DNA of 64,000 nucleotides from NCBI GenBank assembly GCA_000182565.2, contig KQ257457.1; one strand, 5' to 3'. The notes below the pieces were generated by a model that did not search any database, was not told the DNA's origin, and saw nothing but the letters and a program-made list of their open reading frames with translations. Source of the stretch: Spizellomyces punctatus DAOM BR117. Taxonomy: Eukaryota. Position numbers and translations under genes: made by a program. Shown in pieces: positions 29,193 to 40,920 of this stretch. The first letter of the stretch is position 1; each line of letters starts with the position of its first letter.

Positions 29193-30100
29193 GTGTGCCT
29201 CGGAAAGACAGTGTAGGTTGACACTGTGACGATATACAAGAATGTGACTGCAGACACGTTATTCACCAAGGGTTCTTTCAGTAAACAAAGATACCAATAA
29301 CTTTTTAGCTCATACTGTAATTTGCATTTGGAAAATTGGGCAAATAACAGCAAGCACCCAGAAAGCTGTGCGTCGGAGGAAGGTGAGACGCCAAGCATCC
29401 AAGCCCCATGCAGCACGTGACTCTGCACCTGATTTGTTAGTCACGTGATTGTAACCTGCTGGTTACAGTGCTCTCGTAAGCGTATCACTTTGCGGAACTT
29501 GTGCTTGCAGGGCAGCACGTTTTTTTTTTTACTTTCTACGGTTGTTGTTGAAGACGATTCGGCTGTGTGGAAGAGCGGAACTTTGTCTTTTCGGAATGGG
29601 AAACCAATAGCGAATCGAGCGATGAGTTGCGATCCATGATGGGGGCCTATCCTCAACCTAAAGTTGCATTAACAATGAAATTTGTCACACTTTTTTGTAT
29701 TTAGGAATGCCTGACCTTTTGTACCAAAAAGTGTTATTCTCCAATGGAATGAATGGAAGAATTAAACAATTATTAGGCTAAAGTCTAATAATATCTGCGA
29801 GTTACCAATCTTGCGGATCCGAAAAACAAATAATCCATGTGTGCACAATAGCTGTTTGTTTCGAATTGTTTATCCTTGCCCAGATGGACCCAGCATTAAA
29901 CAAAGACCAACACAACTGTACCTGAATGGTCACAACCCATTCAAACGCCTCGTATGCTTTACCAAAGGTTTAAACGTGTTCCAACTTAGGGCAAACAGCC
30001 TCAAAAGCGCCAGGGAGACTCTATATCTCCCCCAGGCATAAGAGGGGATAAAGTTCAAGTTCACTTACGGGAATAACAAAAAAAAAAGTAAATCTCATAG

Positions 30101-31231
30101 ATGGTCGGATTGAACTTTGTTGACGATCCAGGTTGCGTGTACGGCCCCAACACCACCGATGCGACCTACGCTGGTCCTTTGGGTGCCTACCACAGCGCTT
30201 CAAGCGCCTGTCATGGCCTCAATCTTCGCAGCATCAATGTCATATTTGCACTTGTATCCATCTGCGCCAACCTCACCTGCCTCTACTTTGCCTACCGCAT
30301 CCTACTATCCCGTCGCAAAACTCGATACAACATTTTTATGACACTCTGCCCGATTGCCGGTGCTATGGGTTCGACAGTCGACCTCTTTGCTGCGTCGACC
30401 TATTTTCACTGCGGCGGTATGCCCGACTTGACGCAATTGACCAAAATCTGCTTCTACATTGGCACGTTCTTTATGATTTGGGTGCAAGAGTTTCGGTTCG
30501 ATTTTATTTTGATTGTGATGGGAAAGAATAGGGCAATTGCGAGGAGAGCGGTGTGGGTGAACGTTGGGATTTGGTGTGCTTTGGGAGTTTTTACCATCGC
30601 AATGTGGATTCAAGGACGTTGGAATCAGCCAAAGCTAATCTCTTATGCCATTCCGTGAGTTTGCGATTGTTTCGTTGTTCGAGTTGTTTATTCTGTTTGT
30701 ATTTGCCTAACGAATTTTTGGTCATAACTTAGGTACGCTTTCTGGCTCTTTTACGTCACATTCCTTGATTCTACGCTGTCCATGGTCCTCCTTCACATTT
30801 CTCTCCGCCAAACCGCCCTTCTCCGATCCTACGATCTACTCACAATCGCCCAGGTTAAATCGTTTTCAACCCGTTTCCGCCGCGCAGCCCTCCTGCACCT
30901 CACCATCATTGTCATCGCAACAGCTCTCTTTATGTTGGCTGGTTCGACTGAAGTCGGATACTCGATTGGTATGATTACAACCCCGACGATTCCTGCCCAA
31001 TTGGCCGTAACTATTTATTCGATTCATACGTTGCAGAAAATGGAGAGATTGAGGTCGGGAGGACACAAACCGCAGAATGCAAACAGCAAACGCCAGGACA
31101 AATCTGCTACAGCGGGATCGAAGGTCGTGAGTTCCGCACAGGGACTCGTCGATCCGTCGGGAATGGGGAAGATGTCTACGTGCATCGAGAGCCAGACGGC
31201 TGCGTCGAGCAGCGCAGTAGCGAGGATTTAA
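30101..31231 (+). CDS. Orphan multi-pass (about 7-TM) GPCR-like membrane protein (intron 30655-30732)
   Basis: The spliced product has about 7 hydrophobic segments, an extracellular N-terminus with NTT sequon and Cys, a Cys in the first extracellular loop, and an S/K-rich cytoplasmic tail. Confidence 0.7.
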
Positions 31232-31382
31232 TTAGAATCTTAAAAGTTTTAGAAACACCAGATACACTAACGTCTAGCTCCCTCCAATTAGTGTTTTTGA
31301 AACAGTCTTTATTTTCACCACTCCAATATATCTTAATAAATTAGATATGAATATGACAGTCAAATATCTCAGCACTGTAATT

Positions 31383-33315
31383 CTATCCAATGGGTTTCAT
31401 TTCCCCAACCACTGCCTTTGACTCTGGTCTCTGTCTCATATCGTGTTTATCGATATGATTGACTCTTATCCAGTCTACAAGAGTGTTATTTCCAACTGCA
31501 TTGACTTTACGCACAAAAAAGTATTTTGCTTCTGTTCCCGGTGGATCTTCGGGTGGGAAATAGCTTTTGTCTTCCAAGGTGAGTGAAACGGGATGCTGTG
31601 TCGCGAAACGGAGGTATCGTTTTTTGTCGTATACAACATTTTGTGAAAAGTGAGCGTGGTTTGCTATCACTGAAAAGCACCCTGGTCAGATTTGCGGAGG
31701 ATTATAACCGTTTTTATCGGAACTTACCCATGCAGAAATATGATTCGTCTGGGATCCACGTATGTTCCATAAAGGCCAGTAAATGCATCGCGTCCACGTT
31801 TGTTCGCAAATCTCTTATAAAGTTGCTGGTGAGGATCATCCATTGGTGTTGCTTACATGCTCGCCATGCGGGAAAAGGGTAGAATGAAAGTCCCACATCC
31901 GGTGGATGGTATAGAGACCATTCGACCGCGGGTCGGTCCGAGCGGCCCATATGGGGACGGACCAATCGGCCTGCCGAATCAGCTAAACGGTACCAATATG
32001 GATATCAGCCAACGTGCATCATCATAAGCCAATTTAGACATACAAGGTTCCGTCCAAAACTCGATATGTTCCTTCCCCTGGTGATCTGAGCTGTTCAGCG
32101 TCCGATACATTTCAGTGCTGGTTCGCAACGGCCAATCGTGTCCCGAAAGATTGATGACAAAGTCCCAATCGGCCAAGTCTAACAACTCCCAATATCCACT
32201 AAGCTGCATCCACACGAGACTCGCATGGCCCCACATGCCTTCATATGATGTTTTTGCGATAAATAAGTTGCCCACTGCGTCTGGCTGCAGCTTTTTCTTG
32301 AATCGCTCTGCTTGTCGCTGTTCTATCCAGTCCTTTAGGGCAGTACGGAGCTTGTTCGAACGTGCATCAACGTGAATTAGAAAGATGGCGGATCCGTCAT
32401 CTAGTTGATTTATAAGTAGCTGGGCTTGTTGTAAGGTAGCAATATCGTGTAACATGAGAAGGTAGGCGAGTGGATATTTTCTCCTCGGGCCGGGAATACG
32501 TGATGGTAAGGAAGGCCTGATAGCGGGGATGAGCGAGGAGTAGTATGAAATGGGATCAATGCGGTGTATCAGAGGACTGGAGGTGATGTTGACAAACGAG
32601 TTTGCGCCTTCTGCGACAGAATAACAAATGTATCGATGTACATCCTGGGCGCCGATATATGAACGTCAATGTCAGGTACTTGAAATATAATCAAGGAAGA
32701 AACTCACTCTCTCCATCAAAACAGGGTATTTGTTCGACAATCTCTCCTGCGCCTCCCGGGCTACTCCATCCAGCAATTCCACAAACTCTTGCTCAGTCGG
32801 GTTGACTTGAGCCACCGATCCACCCAATGGAGCAATCTCCACCAACCCGTCAAATGTTGCACCGTTCAATATATCGCAAAACTCAAATCCACTTGCTCTA
32901 AACAGCCGCGAGGTGTAGCTTTGTGCAAGGCGCAATGCATCCACAGAGGTAAATATGCCATCCTTTCTTGTCCCTTCTTCGTCCCCTTCGTTCCCACACC
33001 CCGACGGGCTTGTGCACGTATTAACAGTTCGGGTTCTGCCCACAATAGCTTGCATTAGCATTTGTATTCGATCAGTAAACGTCATATAAACGCGCGAGTC
33101 GTTTACCCTTTTGCGCCGAAAGGCCCAACTTCCCAGCCATCTGTATATGACGCTCCGGTCATGAGGAGCATGACGACCCCTGCCACGAGGGAAATGACCA
33201 TAATTCCCCGGTTCCATTTTCTACCCATCAACCGAGAAAGAGGATGCCTTGCTCTCAGTATCTTTATGGGGGTGTCTGGTATGGAAATGTTCATTCCTCC
33301 CGGCAGTATCTTCAT
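31383..33315 (-). CDS. GT14 (core-2/I-branching, xylosyltransferase-like) type II membrane glycosyltransferase, multi-exon
   Basis: N-terminal TM; YPLAYLLMLH, FLIHVDARS, GMWGHASLVW, FVINLSGHDWPL, KQHQWMILT, IPDESYF, FFVRK. Confidence 0.88.
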
Positions 33316-34319
33316 CGTGCGGAGCCGTCAAGAACAATGTAAACAAGTTGCTGCGCGCGTTATCAGTCCCGATCTAACCCAATACGTGGCTGGAATGCAT
33401 ATTATTCAGGATAATATGTCCCTAAAGGGATAAATGAAATCGAACACCTTCGTCATGCCCGTTTTTGAACTGTGCAAAGCTTCAAGGTATGCGAGGGCAC
33501 TGGGCCAAGGACCACCACAGCCATGCGTTGGCAAAAGAGCCCGAGCAAGCAGCGGGGAAAGATGAGAGCGTGGAAGCCTTTTGATGGGTATCGTTCAATG
33601 ATAATGACACACACAAGGTCAGCGGGTGACAAGATCCACGGTATGGTTTCGGGTAAAGGTTTTGAAAGGAGTGTTCGATCAAGAAAAGCCCAATAACGAA
33701 ATTACGATGATTAAAGGGGGGTCAAAAGGGAACTTGGGGAAAGTCCTTTGGTGGTTGCATGCGTCTTTTTCCTCTTGGCCCATCTGGCGTCTTTGTTGCA
33801 TCAGCCTCGTTATGTCTTTTCCAATCGTCATCACCTGCGTCATTCCTCAAGCCTTCCCTTTGACTTTCCCCTTTCTCCCCGTCTCCATCTCACGGTTATT
33901 CCAATGATGAAAAAAAAGGAGGATACAGTTGGGTTCATGCATGTTCCAATTGTAAAGGTGAGACACAAGAAGCGATGTTGGGCGGCTGGGTCATGTTGCT
34001 CGGCAAACGGACTCTTTTCTGAGGCTATACATCATACGTCAACGTCAATATCCCTTTTTTTTATTTTCATTTCGCGCTAATATAAATAAGCATATGGTTT
34101 TGGCATTTCACCTCCTGTGCACTTGACCCCTGTCACTCCTCATCTCCCCCTCGTTTTTTCTTGCCTACGTAGTTGATCGTCGATCGTCGTCGTGGTCGTT
34201 TTTGTTTTTGGTCTATAAAAGCAGGACAACTTGAGAGCTCTCCCTTCCTCATATTCTACATTCAGTGCTTCTGTGTTATCTTTATTTTATACTTTTAACC
34301 TCGTCCCCAAATCATCATC

Positions 34320-35024
34320 ATGTTGTTCAAGACGATTTTGACGGCCATTGCCGTGGCGGCTACTGCTGTCGGAACCAGTGCCTCTGGTATGTTTGATGTG
34401 TTTGGTTGCACTGAGCCGTATTCCCATGCTAATTGTCGACCTTGTCATTTGGTAGGCATTCTATTCCAGGAGCCTCGAGCGGGTTCACAATACGTTGCCG
34501 GTGGTCCCATTACCATTTCCTGGTTTTTTGATCCCAACGGCAACACATTTGCGGCTCAAGGAACAGATCCTGTGGAGTTCCACTTGTCTGATTTGCGCAA
34601 CGGAGTCAACACTGGACAACTCATTGGTGGGCCCATTGCCCAAACGACTCTCCAAGCCCTCAACGCAACCGGCAATCTTCCCGCTGTTGTGGATGGCACA
34701 AACTATACACTTCGCGCTTCGGCCGGAAACCCTCCCACCTACGCGTATTCCCCCATGTTCACCATCAAGGCGACCGGGGGTGCCACTACCTCTGGTGCTC
34801 CCGCCCCGGCGCCGGCCACAAGTGCAGCTGCTCCTCCTGCTTCTACGGGTGGATCGACACAGGCGACCGCCAGCCGCGCACCCGCATCCAGTACCCCCAG
34901 TAGTAGCAGCACAGCTGGTCAGCAAGGTCAATCTTCCGCGCAAAAATCGGGGGCACACTCTAATATTCCTATGTGGGGCGTGGGCAGTGCAGTCTTTGCT
35001 TTTGCAGGTGCCGCTTTGCTGTAA
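34320..35024 (+). CDS. Secreted GPI-anchored Ser/Thr-rich cell-surface protein with Kre9/Knh1-like N-terminal Ig-like domain (probable in-frame intron 34387-34455)
   Basis: Signal peptide, P..G..Y.AG..ITISW, YSPMFTI, S/T/A/P linker, hydrophobic C-terminus after SGA. TATAAAA at about 34214. Confidence 0.85.
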   Translation: MLFKTILTAIAVAATAVGTSASGMFDVFGCTEPYSHANCRPCHLVGILFQEPRAGSQYVAGGPITISWFFDPNGNTFAAQGTDPVEFHLSDLRNGVNTGQLIGGPIAQTTLQALNATGNLPAVVDGTNYTLRASAGNPPTYAYSPMFTIKATGGATTSGAPAPAPATSAAAPPASTGGSTQATASRAPASSTPSSSSTAGQQGQSSAQKSGAHSNIPMWGVGSAVFAFAGAALL

Positions 35025-36001
35025 AGGTCACGGCATTGTTATTGACAAGGAAATATTTGTCTATTGTGTATGAAATCAGTGAACGTGTACAGGAGAGGAG
35101 GATGTACTTTTTTTTTTAGTACTGTATAGTTGTTTACAAATAGGATAATTGCGATTTGGTTTTTTTTGCATTGCCCAATTCCCCTCGAGACATTTCTTTA
35201 GCAGATGAATTAATCGCCAAAGAACGAGTGGTTTGCAGCTCGTTGTCGATAAGGATATGTGCTGCATTTGGACTGGCTGTCGTAAAAACTGCCAGCACTC
35301 TGATTGCTCGCGCACGGACGGCCACGTTGAAGGCGGGTAAGACACGGCGGTAGTGTTCTCCTTGACCCTGACCAAAGATGCTCGTTCCCCCCAAGTGTCT
35401 CTTGCACCTGCCTGGTCCCTCCTTGATCATTTGTGCCCATGCGTTGCGCATACCAGTTGCCGCCTTGGAAATCGCACGAACGTCCGAGAGTTCCTGATAA
35501 CCATCTATCACTTGCGAGCCAGGAACTCTTGCACGCAACGCGTCAGAGGTTGGGAGATATCTCCCCTCTCGCGCACGACGATCTTTGGATTGCAATCATC
35601 CACCAAAGACAGACAAAGAAAACCTTGGCTTTGAGAATCAAACCCTGGAAAGGTGCCATTGCTCATGATGATGGCATCATGCTACATAGGAGACAAGCAC
35701 CTTGTTTGTGAGCAGGAAACCCCTACCACGGTGGCCTAGGATTCCATTCACTCTTCTGGTCGGAGAACAACCTCCACTGTTTTAACTTGTTTCTCCTCCA
35801 TCAATTCCATCATCTCCTCTGATACAACCTAATGCTCCAAAAATATCTTTGAAGGCCACTCTGCACGGCGGTGGCCATCGCAGGACAGTCACGTGTACAT
35901 TCGCTTATTCCAGAGCTCCCAGCTCTAAGTGCCGTTCCGCCAAGTGCCTCGTCCGCCGTCTAGTTTCGACGTGGCATTTCCTCTTCAAGATAACTTTGTA
36001 A

Positions 36002-39000
36002 ATGAACTTTTTTAACAAGGCCCAATTACCGCAGACTCGACCTGCTAGTGGTGGTGGGGCTGGGAACCGAGGGATGCCTTCGGGACACGCGCACAGGACT
36101 TCGGCTAGTAATCTTGCCGTCAGCCCCGCTCCACCTGGTAAGTTGATGGTAGATAAGCAAAATGTTGTCGAACGTAGCAAGGAATGGCTCTGCTGTACGA
36201 TGAACGTTGGATGAACCATTTTACGGCCATATCGTAGGAACCTACGCGCCTGGAACTGTCCTGTCCGTAAATGCAACCAAAGTTGTGGTGGAACGATTTC
36301 TAGCTCAAGGTAACATGATAACATGGCGTGTATGGGATGGGTCTCAATCACTCTATAATTGATGAATCGGACCTGTTTTACGTGTCCTAGGCGGCTTTGC
36401 GCATGTCTATGTCGTGCTGGTGGGTAACGAACAGTTCCAGGCCGTGCTGAAGCGAGGAGCTTGTCCCGATCAAGAATCTCTAAAAGATTTGGAAAAAGAA
36501 ATACATTTTATGGTCTGTCAGATCCATTGTTGAATGAAGTGAATGTTCATGCGCGCAACATTCACTCAAGATCGGATCTCTTCGTGTAGCGCCAATTGAA
36601 TGGTCACAAGAATATCGTAAAGTATGTCGATTCGTCAATACAAAAGGCACGGAACGGTGGATTTGAAGTATTTATTCTGATGGAGTACTGTCGAGGTGAT
36701 TCCTTTGTCAAGATGATCGGTGGCCAGACAGACCGTTAATGAAGATTATAGGCGGCCACCTTGTAGACTTTCTCAATACCCGCCTCTCCAACCGACTGAC
36801 GGAGCCCGAAATCCTGACCATCTTCTCTGATGTCTGCGAAGCTGTAGCTCACATGCACTACAGCAACCCACCAATCATACACCGGGACATCAAGGTCGAA
36901 AATGTCTTGATAGCCAACGACGGCTACAAGCTTTGCGATTTCGGATCTGCCACAACTCAGATTGTTCTGCCCGGAACTTCCATGTCTGCAGCGGATATTC
37001 GGCTATTGGAAGATGAAATTGGGAAATATACCACATTGCAGTACCGTGCTCCAGAGTTGTGCGATTTGTATCAAAAGCGCGGATTGACAGAAAAGATGGA
37101 TATGTGGGTGAGTATCGCATTGAATACATTGCAAGGGAGAGGTTTGTGCAGTGCGAACGTGGTTGACGGGTCAGTTATCAGGCTCTCGGTGTCCTCCTGT
37201 ACAAGCTTTGTTTCTTTGTAAGTGAGAGCCGGGAGCACCTTACATCGCTTTGTCAACCGCTCATCTGGAGAATTTGGACAGACAACACCGTTTGAGGACA
37301 GCGGCACGCTAGCAATTCTGAACGTTCGATACACAATGCCTAGTCATCCGAGTTATTCTCGAAATCTTCTTAATTTGATAGGTAATTTTGGGATTGAATA
37401 CGCTGTCAGTTCTGCATTCTTCTCTAGACGCATCCTTCCTTCGTTATAGAATTGATGCTCGTGGCCGACGTGAGCGCTAGAGCCGATATTTATCAGATTT
37501 ACTCAACTGTATGTCGGCTACGGGGTTTGCCCTGCACTTTAAGAAATGTGAGTATCCACGGAAGACTAGTTCACCGCAGCTGAAGTTATTAAACGTTGGG
37601 TCCGTGTTCAGAAATATGCCGATGGACCATCTACGCACTCAACCTCTCGGACAAACACACCTCCCCATACGCCGTTTGGCGATCAATCCGCCCACACTGA
37701 TGCACGCCGCTTGTCATCCAATATTTCTTCTCCTACCACACTAAATAACATGAGCGCAAGCACACCTGACTTAATGACTCTCTCATCCAATCCCAACCTC
37801 GCGACGCAGCAAGTAATGCCCATGCGCAGAGGCCGTCCTCCCAAGCACGGCAAAACGCTATCAAATAGCACGAATGTTGCAGATTTGACTGCAAGTGTGT
37901 CCCTTTTGAACGTTAGCTCACCTCACAACCCCTTTGCGGAATCGCGGTCGGTTAGTTCGAATCGGCTCACTGCTCCGCCAGAGTTCTTTAACAATGCGGA
38001 TTTGTCTGCTCCTAAGCCTGGGAACGTGAATCGGCTGACCGCTCCACCAGAGTTTTTTGATCGGGTGGAAGGATTTGGCGCGCAACCGGGAAAGATGTTC
38101 TCGCCGGGGACGTTTCCGGCTGGGGAGGCATTTCAGGGTAGTGCTTCTGATCCTTTTTCGGTAGTAGACCGACAGCCGGTACAGCAACAACAAGACCAAC
38201 GAGTAAACCACCAACAGCAACGACAACAGCAACCCCGTGTGAACTTCCAGCAACAGGAAGACCAACAACCCCAATTCAATCCCTTTGATCCCTTCCGACC
38301 CGTTCCCCTTCGTCGGGACACCACCCGATCTATTCCAGACCTCAAAATCAACACTACGACTCCTTCTATTCCTTCCCCACTCCCGTCCAATCTCTTCTCT
38401 CCTCAGCGCCCTTTTCAAAAATCAACATCTGAAATCCGCCTAAATGCCGTCGATCTCTCCACACGCATTCATGGACACTCTCGAAACAAAAGCTGGGCAC
38501 AGGGTCGGTCGCCGGGCGACGCATCGGGTTCAGAGAGTGCCAGTCGAGAGTCGTTGAACTCGTCAGGCTCTAGCTTTGGGGTCAATGTGGCGGGATTGGT
38601 TCGGCAGTTTCATCAGATGGAGGGAGCGGGAGCAACACCACATGTCAGGGCCGGTGTCGACGGCAGGGACAGGTCTGGTTATGCCACTGGACCTCCTCGC
38701 CTGCGACGGGATTTCAGCAACTCACTGGATCTGGTACACCCTCACCGGCTCTTCTCCCGTTCGATCTTTAACTGGCATTGTCAACGTGTCGGCACCGATG
38801 CCTGGTCAAACACATATTACTCACCCATCCGTTCCCACATCTCACTTACCCATGCCGCTGCAGACAACGTACGCCCCCCCACCACCCAAACCACCCCGCG
38901 GAACTGTGCCATCCCAGCAACCTAGCCCAATGTCGCCTCTCCCAGGTACCACTTTCCCGCAATCGGACCCATTCACTCTTTTGGCTTCGAACTCTGTGTT

Positions 39001-39196
39001 GAATACTCCTTCCTCATCTGTTGGACCTGCAGAATGGACCCCGCTGTCACCTTCCCTCGCTGGAAACTTTGCGAGTTCCCAACCAAGGCCGCAGATGGAC
39101 CCGAGAATGACGTCGCAACAGCAGCATCAGCAGAACCAGCAGAGATTGAGTAGGGGGGATGAATTTTTGAGGGGCTTGATGGATGGCAAGTCGTGA
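36002..39196 (+). CDS. NAK-family (Ark1/Prk1/Akl1/AAK1-like) Ser/Thr kinase with long P/Q/S-rich tail; apparent frameshifts near 38630-38760
   Basis: VVVERFLAQ|GGFAHVY, AVLKR, ILMEYC, PPIIHRDIKVENVL, YKLCDFGSAT, TTLQYRAPE, TTPFE; NPF and DPF motifs in the tail. Confidence 0.9.
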
Positions 39197-39631
39197 CGTT
39201 TTTTTTTTTTTTTCCTGTGTATATTTTTTGTTGGATGATTGGATCTTGTTGACTAGATATATTTTAAAACAAAGTTGCGCGACAGTGTTGATTATATTCT
39301 CCTTTTGTTCGTGCATGTCTGAACAAGGATCTTTTTTCATCTGGCTTTTACTTAACAGTCGTCTTTGATAATCTTATGGGCTCTGATGTATGCCTGCACT
39401 ATTTCCCTGTTCTTTAAGTTGAAACAACATATAGTCAATTTCTTGGCATGCTGCTTTTATACGCAGCTCGTTCGCCCGTATGTAGAAAGCCATGGGTTAA
39501 GAGTAATTCTCCGCTTAAAGGGTACATCCCCCTTTCGCATCTTCGCCAATCCCCGTCGCTGTAAATAGCAACAACCTAATAGCTCTTACTGTCCGTCCAT
39601 TTTCTATTTCATATCATTAGCAGTGTCACCC

Positions 39632-40738
39632 ATGCCGGGAATCAAAACGGCCAGTGTCCCGCAGCCAGCGGCGGAGAGTACTGTGAAACTCAAGATAGGA
39701 AAGTCTGAATGGGATAAAGCTGTGCAGGTTCAAGTAACGGGCGATGTGGCCGAACCCGAGTTTCATCAGTGTAGGATTGTCGCCGAGGTAAGGGAAAATG
39801 GGAATCTATGCTATATGTTGAGATCCATTGTTTCTTTCCTCGCTTTTTCAACCCCCCACTCTTGAATCTACTAGTCACTAGCCACTGAACAGCTCAAAAC
39901 AATTATAACCCCCCTCCCAGCCCACCTTTACAAAGCATACCGTCAAAATCTTAAGAAAAACTACCACGTCCTCGATACCTTATTCCCAACTACCCTCATC
40001 GAATTCCACACACCCACCAAAACCACCCTCCTCACCTCGCTCGAGTTCCTTTCCTTGGCTGCAGTGCACACCTCCGCCAGTCCTCCTCCTCTTGATTTCT
40101 CAGAGATTGCTAAACAACAGGTGGAGAAATATGTCAAGGAGTTGGGGAATCCTGTTGTGTACTTGACGTTAGCGGATGGAGATGAGGTTTTGGGGGAGAA
40201 GATTGTGATAGAGTTGTTTGCAAAGACGTGTCCAAAGAGTACTGAGCATTTTTTGAAGCTGTTGGAGCGGTATGTTGGCGTGAAGCTGAAGCGGGTTGTG
40301 GAAGGGGGATGGGCTGAGTTTGGGGGTGAGTATTGTCTGATATGGGTTTGTATTTTGAACGACAAGATGAAGCTTTTGGTTCTTTGCTGGATTTGTTTAG
40401 ACATACTGGATGAATCTGGCCATCCCGTCCGCGAACCGATTCTCGAAGGTAAGCTGCTACTTCTGTCACCCAAAGACGACAAAGCCTGATACAAATACCT
40501 TCAACCAGACGAAAACTTTATTCACTCCCATGAAGCATATACACTCTCCTACATCTCCCCTTGTGCACATCAAAACACGACCCCCTTCTTCATAACACTG
40601 GCACCTGTCCCGACATTTGATCGGAGATTCGTTGTGTTTGGCCGGGTTTTGTTTGGAACCGGTGTGTGCGGGCGTGTGCAGGGTGCTAAAGGCGAGGTAA
40701 AGATTGCCGAGGCAGGCGTTTGGAAGGGCGTTGGCTGA
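39632..40738 (+). CDS. Divergent cyclophilin-domain protein, PPIL6-like (probably catalytically inactive), 4 exons
   Basis: N-terminal extension VQVQVTG..EPEFHQCRIVAE; cyclophilin core IVIELFAKTCPKSTEHF, KRVVEGGWAEFG|D, E|DENF, FFITL, FVVFGRV. The GW replacement is recalled as typical of PPIL6. Confidence 0.7.
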
Positions 40739-40920
40739 AAGGTTGGGTGATGCGGTATGGGGTTGTACGAGTTGAACGTTCAGTGGGGACAGAAAGCGAT
40801 CCATATAATGAGATAAGCGTCAAAGTATAATGATGCAAGAAATTCTAGCAAATTGACAGGATTAAAGAGTAGAAGCAGATGTATATGCGCTCCCACAGTC
40901 ACTAAATATGCCTAGCACAT

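Noticed and set aside
30101-31231. Rhodopsin identity for the 7-TM protein
   Set aside because: No Schiff-base Lys within the last helix and no opsin motifs.
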